Shown here piece by piece: positions 39,347 through 49,896 of a stretch of 64,000 bases of DNA. Every line of letters starts with the position of its first letter. Position 1 is the stretch's first letter. This DNA is from Algoriphagus sp. (lineage in GTDB: Bacteria; Bacteroidota; Bacteroidia; Cytophagales; Cyclobacteriaceae), in NCBI GenBank assembly GCA_036676605.1, contig JAKFCO010000011.1, forward strand, positions 39,933 to 103,932, in the 5' to 3' direction. Position numbers and translations under genes: made by a program. The notes beneath the pieces were generated by a model. That model worked only from the letters and a program-made list of their open reading frames with translations, made no database searches and was not told the origin of the DNA.

Positions 39347-40252
39347 ATGCAAAATATTTCACGTAGAAAATTTATCCAAACTACCTCATTAGCTACAGCA
39401 GCTCTGCTCACCAGCAATACAGATGGCTTGGCCGGCACGGCTAAAAAAGTTACGGTAGGTGCACACCTATGGGTATATGCAAGCAAGTATCCTCCAAATT
39501 GGGATTGCACTCCTATTATTGAGCAAGTATTCTCTGATTTGAAATATGCCGGCATGGACGGTGTGGAGGTAATGCACACAAACCTGTTTCATGCCGATGC
39601 GGTCACTCGGCTGAGTTCGTTAACTGATAAGTACAAACTTCCGGTTATTGGCACTTCATACAGTGCCGATATGTGGAATAAAGAAAAGCACTCCCAAATC
39701 GAAGACGAGTGTGGTATGCTCACGGAAAAACTTCAAAAACTTAACGCGAAAACCATTGGTCTTACTGTAGGTAATGCCGGACATAGGAAGACAGGAGAGG
39801 AACTGGACTTGCAGGCAGCTATTTTAAGGAAAATACTTGCACAGTCTACAGCGAATGGTATCACACCAAATTTGCACAACCATACCTACGAGGTGACTGA
39901 TGGTATGCACGATTTACAGGGAACGTTAGAAAGAATTCCCGATTTTCCATTGGGACCAGATCTCAATTGGCTAATCCGAGGAGGTGTTGATCCCGTGGAG
40001 TTTATCAAAAAACACAAAAAACAAATTGTGTATCTGCACATACGCGACCAGTTCAATAATGGAGAATGGAGTGAAGCGGTAGGTGAAGGCGAAACAGATT
40101 TTACGTCCATTAGTACAGCTCTTCATGCCATTGAATTTGATGGCATTGCAACAATTGAGCTAGCCTTTCCAAACAATTTTACTCCAACACGTGAGTTACG
40201 TGACAGTTGGAAGCAGAGTCGCAATCATGTTAAAAAAGTGTTTGGATATTAG
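39347..40252 (+). CDS. Sugar phosphate isomerase/epimerase (AP endonuclease 2-like TIM barrel) with Tat signal
   Basis: SRRKF Tat motif; GVE, HNHTYE, PDLNW, HIRD, IEL. Confidence 0.85.
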   Translation: MQNISRRKFIQTTSLATAALLTSNTDGLAGTAKKVTVGAHLWVYASKYPPNWDCTPIIEQVFSDLKYAGMDGVEVMHTNLFHADAVTRLSSLTDKYKLPVIGTSYSADMWNKEKHSQIEDECGMLTEKLQKLNAKTIGLTVGNAGHRKTGEELDLQAAILRKILAQSTANGITPNLHNHTYEVTDGMHDLQGTLERIPDFPLGPDLNWLIRGGVDPVEFIKKHKKQIVYLHIRDQFNNGEWSEAVGEGETDFTSISTALHAIEFDGIATIELAFPNNFTPTRELRDSWKQSRNHVKKVFGY

Positions 40253-40349
40253 CATTAAGATGTCCCTTAAATCACTTCCATTAGCATCTTTCAATAATTG
40301 ATCAAAAAAGGGTACTGGTTTTTTTTACGGTTAGTGGACACTCATCGGG

Positions 40350-40452
40350 GCGGAGACCATCGCTGGTATCTGCGGAAGCGATGTCATCAAAATCAAATCT
40401 GGTCGAGGTGATTCAGTATAGAAGGTTGCACAGAGAAAGATGGACGGGGTGA
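40350..40452 (+). repeat. Degenerate copy 3 of the comM 3' end
   Basis: AETIAGICGSDVIKIK[19 protein letters not shown] versus comM [34 protein letters not shown]. Confidence 0.88.
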
Positions 40453-40468
40453 GAATGGAGAATTTAAA

Positions 40469-41226
40469 ATGAAGAATGAGGAAATAGAAAATAGAATTCA
40501 CACGATCCGTGGTATCCAAGTAATGCTGGATAGTGATTTGGCTGAACTTTATCAAGTGGAAACTAGAACAATTAACCAAGCTGTAAAAAGAAATTTAGAT
40601 CGGTTTCCTGGGGATTTTAGATTCCAGTTGACTTTAGAGGAGGTGAAAAATCTAAGATCGCAAAATGCGCCCTTAAATGGCAATCTCTCTTCAAGATCAC
40701 AAAATGTGATCTTGAAGAGAGAAAAACACATTCGCGAAAAAAACATCAAGTACTTGCCTTATGCCTTCACCGAACAGGGAGTAACCATGCTTTCAGCAGT
40801 TTTGCGAAGTGATGTAGCTGTTCAAGTCATCTCCAAATCATGAAAGCCTTTGTCTCCATGCGAAAGTTTCTTTTGCAAAACGCCTCAGTTTTTCAGCGTT
40901 TGGATAGTTTGGAACTAAAGCAACTGCAAACCGATGGGAAAATTGAACGGATTTTCAAGGCATTGGAAGCCGGTCAACCAGCTCCAGACAAGGGGATATT
41001 CTTTGATGGGCAGATTTTTGATGCCTATGTTTTTGTAGCCGATCTGATCAAGAAAGCACAAAATGAGATTATTCTGATAGACAATTACGTGGACAAATCG
41101 ATCCTAACCTTGCTGACCAAACGAGCCAAAGAAGTCCAAGCGACTATTTATACCAAAAGCATCACATGCAACGATGCATGGTTTTATTCCATTAATGCAT
41201 GTTTGGAGTGGGTCAATCCAACATGA
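40469..41226 (+). pseudogene. Second ORF6N gene, frameshifted and 3' truncated
   Basis: Close paralog of 16828-17733; 1-nt deletion near 40830; homology ends after YTKSI (about 41163). Confidence 0.88.
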
Positions 41227-41405
41227 AAAAAATGCAGCCCGGGATTAGAAAATCCGGTTGACAGGGTGTAGCATCCACTTCACCCATTTATCCAAATTCC
41301 TTTAAATGCCCGGAAATTAATTCCTCCCAATTTGCACTTGGCAAGCAATTGGCTTTGTCTTTTTTTCGGGTGTGATTTCTTCCCAGCCTTTAGGACTCGG
41401 CAGTC

Positions 41406-43634
41406 TTAGCGCCCTTGTTTCCTGGCAGTTTCAATGACTCCTCTAAACACATTTCTGCCATCTTCGAGGACTTTCAGTACCTCCTGCTTTTGCTCATCCG
41501 TATAGAACAATCCCTTGGTATTCACCCACTCTTCAAAACTATTGGTGATCTCAATAAATTTTTGGGCAGGCTCGGACATTCCGGCAGGCCTTCCTTTGAA
41601 ATTGATGAAAACCGGATTGGAATGGGCTCCCTCTGTTCTCACTGCCAACCAGCCTGAATCCGTAAGGGTAATTTCTTCATTCAGATCGGTACCCGAATGG
41701 ATCACTTTCCCATTAAAGACAATTTCGACTGGCAAATCGCCTTGAGGAGAAATGGCTTTGGCAGAAATCTCAAGCTTGGTCTTTTTGCCCTGGGTGTTGA
41801 TTTCTGAACCGGGCAGTTGGCCATTCACTGTAAAAAACAACATGGGTCCTTTGGTAATGAAACTTTTTCCTGCCTGGAGCGCTGCTCTCCAGTTTTCAAT
41901 CGTAAAAGGCTTGCCATCGAGTTGCACATACACCCTGGGAGTATCCCGGATATCCCAATCGGGTCCTGCTGTAGCCATGACTTTAAATCCACAGTTGAGC
42001 AGATCATACCACACCTCCTGCTGCCCTCCATTGCCATAGATCTCTGCGAGCTGGATTTTTCCCAATGCTACATCCACCGGCATTTCAAATCCAGTGGAAG
42101 GCCAAGGGGTTTGGATCTGCTCTCCCTCGGTAATGAAATTCCCAAAGTGAGCGCCGATGGTAGTTCCTCCATTATCCAATGCTTCCTGCAAAACGACCGC
42201 ATTGGGCGGATAATCTGGCCCCGCAAGTTCGCCAAGAGCTCCTGAGCTAATTGGCTGCACCAGGTAGTCCAATCCCAGAAAAACCAGGTGTCCATAAGGA
42301 TTACTTCTGTATTCCTGATCATAGGTGACCAGATGTTGTTCGGTACTGAATGCCTTTCTTAATCCCATGGGGTATTCATTGGCATAAATGGCATGGGTGC
42401 TCCATTCTCCCTTTAGAGTCAAAATTGCTGAAACATGAAGATCCTCTGCCTGGGTGATCAAAGGCCAATACCTCGAAAACATGACCGGCATACCGCTATC
42501 CGTGGTGTGAATATGAGTATGTCCCGAATACCAGCCCAGTTTGGGCATATCGATCCATCGTTCCAGTTTTACATCTACCATCCCATTTTCAGGTACGGCA
42601 ATACTCACCGGCTTGTATTCAAAACCATGGTAGAGGGTGGCCGTTTTCCCTTTAGGTTCTACCCCGAGACTTGCTTCATTGGAAATGTAGAAAAAAGGAC
42701 CTGGCTGAAAATCCCACAAGGTGGTCTTCCACCCTTTGGTGCGGTTCATCGCATACGAAGTTCCCTTGAGAGGAGTCCAGTACAGATTATTGTTGGCATC
42801 TTTCACTTCAACCCTGGCCTTCAAAGGTTCACCAGTTTGAGCATCAGTCACCCGAAAACGAATCGATCGGTCAAAATCCGGCAATTCATCGTTGGCGATA
42901 TGGTCATAGGTCGCCAAGGGTAATAAGTCAATGGTTTTCCCTGGAAACACCCTGGAAGGAACCGACTTCATAGCTACACTTTTGAGCTGAATGTTGGCGT
43001 TTGCCTCCTGGCCTTGTTCATTTTTGACTGTGATCGAGCTCTCGGAAAGACCTTCTGTATAGGGCTGCAAAACGGCAAACGTGTAGCGAGATTCTCCTCC
43101 ATTAAGGCGAATTTCCTTTTTCCAAAACAGGATGTCGTCGCTGTACTCCCCGGAAATAGTATAGGTGATGGGCCCGGTGCTTTGATTTGTCATTTTTACC
43201 AGTACCACCCGCGAGTGCTGGACCTCCACTTCAAAACCGGGATTATCCCAGACCACACTTACCCCATCCCCAAGCAAAAACCTGATTACCGGCTGCTCCT
43301 TTTCGAGTTGCTGAAAATACTGGCGGCAGGCAGCCAACAGGTTTTTTTGGAGCGATTTGGCAACACTGATTTGGTCCATTACCTCATGGGAATTGACAAG
43401 CAGGTTTCCACTGTCCGTAAGCTCCCTTATTTTCCAAGAGGCCTCGCGCAATTGTTGCCATTTTGCAAAAATCGCTACCGCTAGTGGATCCTCATGACGC
43501 ATTAATTGAATAGCCATCAAATAATCGTTGATCTCCTCCAGCTCAGGGTCGGTATGACCGGGATGGGCCTGGGATTGATAGGAAAACATCAGGCCAATGA
43601 TTAGCAAAAGAAACAGGGTGATCGTCTTTTTCAT
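41406..43634 (-). CDS. Secreted CehA/McbA-like (PHP-fold) metallohydrolase
   Basis: Signal peptide, GWYSGHTHIHT, YGHLVFLG, GAHFG, WYDLLNCG, AHSNPVF. Confidence 0.7.
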   Translation of the reverse strand: MKKTITLFLLLIIGLMFSYQSQAHPGHTDPELEEINDYLMAIQLMRHEDPLAVAIFAKWQQLREASWKIRELTDSGNLLVNSHEVMDQISVAKSLQKNLLAACRQYFQQLEKEQPVIRFLLGDGVSVVWDNPGFEVEVQHSRVVLVKMTNQSTGPITYTISGEYSDDILFWKKEIRLNGGESRYTFAVLQPYTEGLSESSITVKNEQGQEANANIQLKSVAMKSVPSRVFPGKTIDLLPLATYDHIANDELPDFDRSIRFRVTDAQTGEPLKARVEVKDANNNLYWTPLKGTSYAMNRTKGWKTTLWDFQPGPFFYISNEASLGVEPKGKTATLYHGFEYKPVSIAVPENGMVDVKLERWIDMPKLGWYSGHTHIHTTDSGMPVMFSRYWPLITQAEDLHVSAILTLKGEWSTHAIYANEYPMGLRKAFSTEQHLVTYDQEYRSNPYGHLVFLGLDYLVQPISSGALGELAGPDYPPNAVVLQEALDNGGTTIGAHFGNFITEGEQIQTPWPSTGFEMPVDVALGKIQLAEIYGNGGQQEVWYDLLNCGFKVMATAGPDWDIRDTPRVYVQLDGKPFTIENWRAALQAGKSFITKGPMLFFTVNGQLPGSEINTQGKKTKLEISAKAISPQGDLPVEIVFNGKVIHSGTDLNEEITLTDSGWLAVRTEGAHSNPVFINFKGRPAGMSEPAQKFIEITNSFEEWVNTKGLFYTDEQKQEVLKVLEDGRNVFRGVIETARKQGR

Positions 43635-44128
43635 GGGTGAAGGTGAGATGGGGGTGACCTCAGGTTATTTTACTTTGCGGAAGACAAGTTTATTAAATTT
43701 TGAATTCTGTCGGAGGAAATAAGGTCAAAACAATTAATAAAATATCTTCAAGTAGGAAAAATGGGGAAATAAATTCCGAACCAAACAAACTTTCTAATCC
43801 CCAGCTACTCTTAGTCTTTACCTATCCACCCCCGATGGGTGTAGATTACCTTTCACTTAGTTTGTAACTTCACCCAAATATCCTTACCATTTTTGCAAAT
43901 GGACATCCACCAAAAAATTCAATTGCATACTCTGAAAAACAGGAAGGAGTAATCGCTGACTACTCCAAATTCAGGAGGGAATAAACTCTATTTACCTTTT
44001 ATCCCAAGTTGAAACAAGAAGCTTCCCCCGTTCAAAGAAAATCGGATCAACATTGAAAATTTTTAGAAGAACTTAGAATTCAATCCTTTTTCGGACTTAT
44101 TTTAAAAGCCTGTTCAATCCTCAACTTT

Positions 44129-45202
44129 ATGCACAAAAGAACCCTTCTTATCCTCGCACTATTCTTCTGCTTCGGCCCTTCCTGGGCTCAGAAAAAAACC
44201 AAACATCCCAAAAACATCATTTTGATGGTGGGTGACGGCATGGGAGTAGCTCAAATCTATGCCGGTCTTACCGCCAACCATGGCCACCTGAATCTGGAGA
44301 GTTTCCCGGTGGTGGGTTTCCACAAGAACCAGGCGAGTAACAGTTTCGTGACCGATTCGGCTGCCGGAGCCACCGCTTTTTCCTGCGGGAAAAAAACCTA
44401 CAATGGCGCTATCGGAGTGGATGAGAATGGTGTAGCTCTTCCAACGATTCTTGAAATCGCTGAAGACAAAGGCCTTTCCACCGGACTGGTAGCGACTTGC
44501 TCCATCACCCACGCGACTCCGGCGAGCTTTATCTCCCATCAGGCTTCCCGGTCTTTGGATGAGAATATCGCCCTGGACTTTCTGAAAACTGACATCGATG
44601 TCTTTATTGGCGGAGGAAGGAAATTTTTCGCAAACCGGACTGACGGGTTAAATCTGGTCGACTCCCTAAAAAACAGAAACTACCGGATTGCCAACTCAAT
44701 CGCGGAAGTTCAGCAAATCAAAACCGGAAAGCTTGCTGCTTTTTTGGCCGATGAACAGCAACCGAGATTTTCCGAAGGACGTGGAGATGAATTGGTGAAA
44801 TCCACGGAGGTCGCACTGAACCTGTTAAAGAACAATAAAAAAGGCATGTTCTTGATGATCGAAGGTTCTCAGATCGACTGGGGAGGACATGCCAATGATA
44901 CCCAATACATTGTGGAGGAAATGATTGACTTTGACAATGCCATCGGAAAGGTGTTGGAATTTGCCTCCAAGAACAAAAACACTTTGGTGATCATCACTGC
45001 CGACCATGAAACCGGTGGATTCACGATCAACGGAGGCAATACCGAGACCGGAGTTGTCGAGGGTAAGTTTACCACAGGCAGCCATACGGGAGTGATGATT
45101 CCGGTATTTGCATTTGGTCCGGGATCAGAAAATTTCGCAGGGATTTATGAAAACAACGATATCTTCCACAAGATGATGCGTGCATTTCGTTTTTCGAAGT
45201 AA
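44129..45202 (+). CDS. Alkaline phosphatase
   Basis: GDGMG, TDSAAGATA, EGSQIDWGGH, TADHETGG, SHT. Confidence 0.93.
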   Translation: MHKRTLLILALFFCFGPSWAQKKTKHPKNIILMVGDGMGVAQIYAGLTANHGHLNLESFPVVGFHKNQASNSFVTDSAAGATAFSCGKKTYNGAIGVDENGVALPTILEIAEDKGLSTGLVATCSITHATPASFISHQASRSLDENIALDFLKTDIDVFIGGGRKFFANRTDGLNLVDSLKNRNYRIANSIAEVQQIKTGKLAAFLADEQQPRFSEGRGDELVKSTEVALNLLKNNKKGMFLMIEGSQIDWGGHANDTQYIVEEMIDFDNAIGKVLEFASKNKNTLVIITADHETGGFTINGGNTETGVVEGKFTTGSHTGVMIPVFAFGPGSENFAGIYENNDIFHKMMRAFRFSK

Positions 45203-45297
45203 GCCTGAAACCGTAAGAAGTAATTAAAGATTCTCCGGGAATTTGGTGATCAAAACAAGTTCAATCCTTTCAGGATTGTTGCCCGGATATTTACCAT

Positions 45298-45670
45298 TCA
45301 ATAGCCACTCAAGACATGGGTGGCTATTGAATATTGACCACTTCGTGGCAGGTATCATTGGATCAAAGTAGAAGAATAATCCCGAAGGGATTGAACTTTT
45401 CAATAACCATGGGTGAAACCCATGGAAAACCGTGAATAAAAAAACACATGCTTTTCGGGATTTGAAATCCCGAACCCAGATCGTCGGATTTTAAATCCAA
45501 GGATCATTATCCGCTTCTTAGCCAAAAGGGGAAGAAGAATCAATTATGGCTTCGACTCCGCTCAGCCACCAGATTCTGTTTTTTTTAGGGAGGGGAAAAT
45601 GCGGCTGCGCCGCATTTTCCCCTCCCTCCCAAATTAAAACCTATCCGGTCACCGAGCTAAGTCGAGGTGA
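45298..45670. repeat. Cluster of REP-like palindromes
   Basis: TCAATAGCCAC..GTGGCTATTGA; CCATGGGTGAAACCCATGG; CGGGATTTGAAATCCCG; GGCTTCGACTCCGCTCAGCC; 19-bp perfect IR at 45587-45627; CACCGAGCTAAGTCGAGGTG. Confidence 0.75.
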
Positions 45671-45729
45671 AGAAGAATTCAATTCGGCTCCTTGCTAAAT
45701 TAGGATATCCATGAATCCAGATAAACTCC

Positions 45730-46458
45730 TCAATCCTCTTTCTCAAAAACCAGAAAATGCTGAATATTCATAAATTGACCGCTTTCCACCAGTTTGAATC
45801 CATTCGCTTTCAGTTCTTTTTCAACTTGCCTGACTGTCATTTTATGCAGGGGTTTGATGGCTATGGCAGGGTCTTCACCCCGGTACTCGATCAATAAGAT
45901 TTTACCATCCGGTTTAAGCGATTCCTTGATTGCGGTCAGCATTTCCTGAGGATATTCGAGTTCATGATACACATCCACCATGATCACCAGATCGATGGAT
46001 TTTGAAGGGAGATTTGGGGTTTGCTCCGCACCCATAATCGGAAAGACATTTGAAAAACCCAGTTCCTTGGTTCGATCCTGAAGGTATTGGATGGCTTCAT
46101 CCTGAATTTCCACAGCATAGACTTTTCCTTCAGGAACTTTGGGAGCGATTCGGAAGGTATAATATCCTGATCCTGCACCTATATCTGCAACCACGCTATT
46201 GGAACTTATCGGCAGGTTTTCCAGGGCCAGTGAAATACTTTCTTCCTGTTCACGGCTTAGCCGCTCAAGCCAGTCTCGCCCTTCGAATCCCATAACAAAG
46301 GAAATTTCCCTCCCCATATACACTTTTCCAATCCCATCATAAGCCGGGGTTTTAGAGGTATAGGGAGAATCAGCAGCCTTGGGTTTGTTTTGTGCATGGC
46401 AGGAAAAATTCACCGCCAGACTCAAACTGATTATCAAGTAAAATAGGGATCTCTTCAT
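45730..46458 (-). CDS. Class I SAM-dependent methyltransferase with signal peptide
   Basis: VADIGAGSGYYT, DLVIMVDVYHE. Confidence 0.88.
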   Translation of the reverse strand: MKRSLFYLIISLSLAVNFSCHAQNKPKAADSPYTSKTPAYDGIGKVYMGREISFVMGFEGRDWLERLSREQEESISLALENLPISSNSVVADIGAGSGYYTFRIAPKVPEGKVYAVEIQDEAIQYLQDRTKELGFSNVFPIMGAEQTPNLPSKSIDLVIMVDVYHELEYPQEMLTAIKESLKPDGKILLIEYRGEDPAIAIKPLHKMTVRQVEKELKANGFKLVESGQFMNIQHFLVFEKED

Positions 46459-47120
46459 GGTTTTTTTTAGCTAAACACTTAAAATCAGGGCATGTTTTTG
46501 AAAAGGAACTTTTTGCTAAAAACGTGGAAAGTTTTGGTCAATCAAGAAGGTCCAACCTTTTTTCCAATTCAATCCTAACTCGCGGTTTTTTTCCTTCGTC
46601 ACTTTTTGAAGCCAAAAAGTAACCCTGCCTGCCTGCCGGCAGGCAAAAACCTTAATGCCTGGCTATTTACTTCAAATAGGCAGTTTTTAGTCCCAGAAGA
46701 AGCATTCTTGGCTATTTGATTTTAACCCTTGACCAACCCTAAAAATGGGTGGATTTCTCTCGTTTCACTTCGAGAACTAACCCATTTTCTTAACGGTTTG
46801 ATCTGCGGTTTTAAAACCGTAAATACCCCATGGCATTACATAACTCGAAACTTTTCAACTCACCGAATGCTGCCCACTAATTCTAACATTTTTTATAAAA
46901 TGATCTTACTTGAACTATTGTTAACAGTCAGAATAATAAATGATAGAAGTTCTACATCGCGAGCTGTGGTCTGTGGACTGTCGTTGGTGAACGATTATTC
47001 GGAGGTATTTAGCATTGATTGGGACCTTCGGTCATCATAGAGGATAATCATCTTATTTTTTAATAGATTCGATCGTCAGTTCTGGCGGCAACAGAATGAA
47101 ATTCAAAAAATCAAATCTTT

Positions 47121-48407
47121 ATGAGATCAACAATTTTTGCAGCATGCTTCTTATCCATCAGCATTTCCACTTTCTCCCAAGAGAAAAAAGCAGATGAAAA
47201 GTATGTGACGGAGGTGAATAAGCTCGCTCAGGATAAAACGATTTCCACTGCTTTTGCAGAGATTGAGAAGCTTAATCCCAAAACTATTCAGGATTTAATC
47301 ATGCTCAATGAGATTCCTGCTCCGCCATTTAAGGAAACCGAAAGAGGTCTGAAATACAGGCAGATGCTGGAGGAAGCCGGCGGAGTGAAGGTTTGGATTG
47401 ATAGCATAGGAAATGTCCTGGCACTTCGAAAAGGAACAGTTGGCAACCGGGTTGTCGCTATCGACGGACATTTGGATACTGTCTTTCCCGAAGGAACGGA
47501 TGTGAAAGTAAAGATGAGGGGAGATACGCTTTTTGCACCCGGAATTGGCGATAATACACGTGGACTGATCGTCGTACTTACTGTCCTGAGAGCGATGGAA
47601 AAAGCAAATATTCAGACCACCGATGACGTTCTATTTGTCGCCACTGTCGGTGAAGAAGGCAACGGAGATCTGCGCGGAGTGAAATACCTTTTTGAGAAAA
47701 GCGATATCAAAATCGATTCCTGGATTTCGATTGATGCCTTTGGTACAGGCACTGTCGCAAACCGCGGGACTGGCTCTTTGCGCTATAAAGTCACAATTTC
47801 CGGTCCGGGCGGACATTCCTGGGGAGATTTTGGTTTGGTAAATCCTCACCACGCTTTGGGAAAAATGATCAATTATTTCTCCGATGAGGCAGCTCGATTT
47901 TCCGCTGTTGCCAGGACAAAAACCAGTTTCAACGTAGGGAAAATCGGAGGCGGAACTTCTGTCAATTCAATCCCTTTCGAATCCTGGATGGAAGTAGATA
48001 TGCGCTCAGAAGATGATGAAAGCTTAAGCACAATGGATTCGATTTTTAAATCCTCGCTTCACAAAGGTCTGAATGAATACAACACCAATCGAAAGACGGA
48101 ACCTGCATTGACAATTCAAATTGATCAAATCGGATTCAGACCATCAGGAACAACAGATGAAAATACTCCCTTAATTCAACGTTCATTGGCAGCGATCCAA
48201 TCCTTTGGCATCACTCCTTCCTTGTATATCATGTCGGGAAATGCCAATCTGCCCATTTCAAAAGGCATTCCTGCCGTGACATTGGGTTGGGGCGGTCAGG
48301 GCGACAATGCCCATGCCCTCGACGAGTGGTGGCTGGACGACAAAGGAACTGATGCGATAAAATTAGCCCTGCTCACATTGATTTCTGAGGCGGGACTTAG
48401 TAAGTAG
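47121..48407 (+). CDS. M20/M25/M40 family metallopeptidase
   Basis: GHLDTVF, GIGDN, VGEEG, GGHSW, AHALDEW. Confidence 0.9.
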   Translation: MRSTIFAACFLSISISTFSQEKKADEKYVTEVNKLAQDKTISTAFAEIEKLNPKTIQDLIMLNEIPAPPFKETERGLKYRQMLEEAGGVKVWIDSIGNVLALRKGTVGNRVVAIDGHLDTVFPEGTDVKVKMRGDTLFAPGIGDNTRGLIVVLTVLRAMEKANIQTTDDVLFVATVGEEGNGDLRGVKYLFEKSDIKIDSWISIDAFGTGTVANRGTGSLRYKVTISGPGGHSWGDFGLVNPHHALGKMINYFSDEAARFSAVARTKTSFNVGKIGGGTSVNSIPFESWMEVDMRSEDDESLSTMDSIFKSSLHKGLNEYNTNRKTEPALTIQIDQIGFRPSGTTDENTPLIQRSLAAIQSFGITPSLYIMSGNANLPISKGIPAVTLGWGGQGDNAHALDEWWLDDKGTDAIKLALLTLISEAGLSK

Positions 48408-48520
48408 GGGTGTTTTGAGTATTTGAAAAAGCGTGGAAAAACAGACGGAAGACAGAAGAAAGTTTGACGGAAGACCGGAGAGGCGGGGCACTTCATTCTT
48501 TTGGTTTATTTTTTCTCGAT

Positions 48521-49621
48521 TTACTCATCCAGACTTTCCAGAATTCCTTCTTTCAGCTTCAACTCACGATCAAAAATCAGCGGATAATTGGTTCGTCCTT
48601 TTACAGGCCAGTTGTTGAGCCAGCTTTTGCCATCGTGCAATCCCCAAAAAGTAACCCGGGATATTTTATCGCTGTGCTTTTGAAATAACCTGAAAATACC
48701 ACTATAGCGCTCAGCAAGTTGAGTTTGGATTTCCGCAGGAAGGCTGTCGGCATAGGGATTCCATTCGGGAGAGGATTCATAGTCAATATTCAAATCCGCT
48801 CCCTGAGAATTATCCGGACGTGGAAGAACATCCACATCGAGTTCGGTTACCATCACCTGAAAACCTGCGGCGTGGATTTCCACAATCGCATTTTCGATCA
48901 GTTCCAGCGAAGGTGAAGACAACCGATAATGTCCCTGCATCCCGATTCCGTCTATTCGGATTCCCTCCGATCGCAGTTCTTTGGCCAAATCAAGAATTGC
49001 TTTTCGCTTCTCCGGTTTCCAGACATTGTAATCATTGTAGTAGAGTTCGGCGTCCGGGTCAGCTTGGTTCGCCTTTCGGAAAGCTGCTTTGATATACTCA
49101 GTCCCGGTGATCGTGTACCAATGTGATTGCCGAAAGGATCCATCATCTTCAAAAGCCTCATTCACCACATCCCAGCCATGAATTTTGCCTTTGTACCTGC
49201 CGACCACAGTTTCGATATGATCCTCCATCCGTCGGATCAAACCAGATTTATCCAGGAACTGACTTTCTCCATCCCGGAAAACCCAACCCGGAGTTTGCTG
49301 ATGCCAAACAAGCGTATGTCCAACCACAAAAACACCCAATTTCTCTCCCAAAGCCACATATTGATCGCCATACTCAAAATTGTAGGTTCCTTCTTTCGGA
49401 TGAACAGGTCCCCATTTCAGACCATTTTCAGAGGTGATGCTGCTGAAATGAAGTGATAAAAGTGAATCTGCGCCAAGTTCTACTCCTGACACCTGTCCCA
49501 TATTCAGCGCCGCTCCAATGAAAAAATCATTCTGAAATTGATCTTTCAGGCCTGACACTTTCGACTTTTGACAGGCTGAAAATGCTAAAAGGCAGGCAAA
49601 AGCAAACAGATATATCTTCAT
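48521..49621 (-). CDS. GH10 endo-1,4-beta-xylanase (lipoprotein)
   Basis: ENGLKW, GHTLVWHQQ, WDVVNEA, MQGH, TELDV. Confidence 0.93.
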   Translation of the reverse strand: MKIYLFAFACLLAFSACQKSKVSGLKDQFQNDFFIGAALNMGQVSGVELGADSLLSLHFSSITSENGLKWGPVHPKEGTYNFEYGDQYVALGEKLGVFVVGHTLVWHQQTPGWVFRDGESQFLDKSGLIRRMEDHIETVVGRYKGKIHGWDVVNEAFEDDGSFRQSHWYTITGTEYIKAAFRKANQADPDAELYYNDYNVWKPEKRKAILDLAKELRSEGIRIDGIGMQGHYRLSSPSLELIENAIVEIHAAGFQVMVTELDVDVLPRPDNSQGADLNIDYESSPEWNPYADSLPAEIQTQLAERYSGIFRLFQKHSDKISRVTFWGLHDGKSWLNNWPVKGRTNYPLIFDRELKLKEGILESLDE

Positions 49622-49896
49622 ATAAACCTTTAAATACCAGGGTGTCAGATTCGGTGCGAATTAATTTTACGTTTAAATATCGTTGAAAATATCAATAAAT
49701 ACTTATTATTAAACTATAATTTTAAAACGATTTCCAATAATTTTTTTAAAATTATTTCATCAAGACATTTAAAACTACCCCCTACTTTCTTTGTCTATTG
49801 GAATGGAAAAAATTCTATTTTTAGTTTGTTAGAAAGCTCCTCGAAAACCCAAGGAGAAGCGACGAATTGTTTGATAAATTTGTTAATTACACAGAC

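Larger units (their letters stand above)
17822..40452. mobile_element. Genomic island at the comM 3' end carrying the gas vesicle cluster; no integrase seen
   Basis: Bounded by decayed comM-tail copies (17822-17894, 40350-40452), visibly AT-richer, many gene relics. Confidence 0.6.

Noticed and set aside
17822-40452. Integrase or transposase for the island; prophage interpretation
   Set aside because: No tyrosine/serine recombinase, DDE or phage structural motifs found in any frame read
43850-44060. Short interrupted reading frames before alkaline phosphatase
   Set aside because: No family could be assigned; may be a gene relic but unsupported
46729-47040. 103-aa ORF and possible ncRNA in the 46.5-47.1 kb gap
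   Set aside because: No motif, atypical composition, and no riboswitch or RNA family consensus recognised
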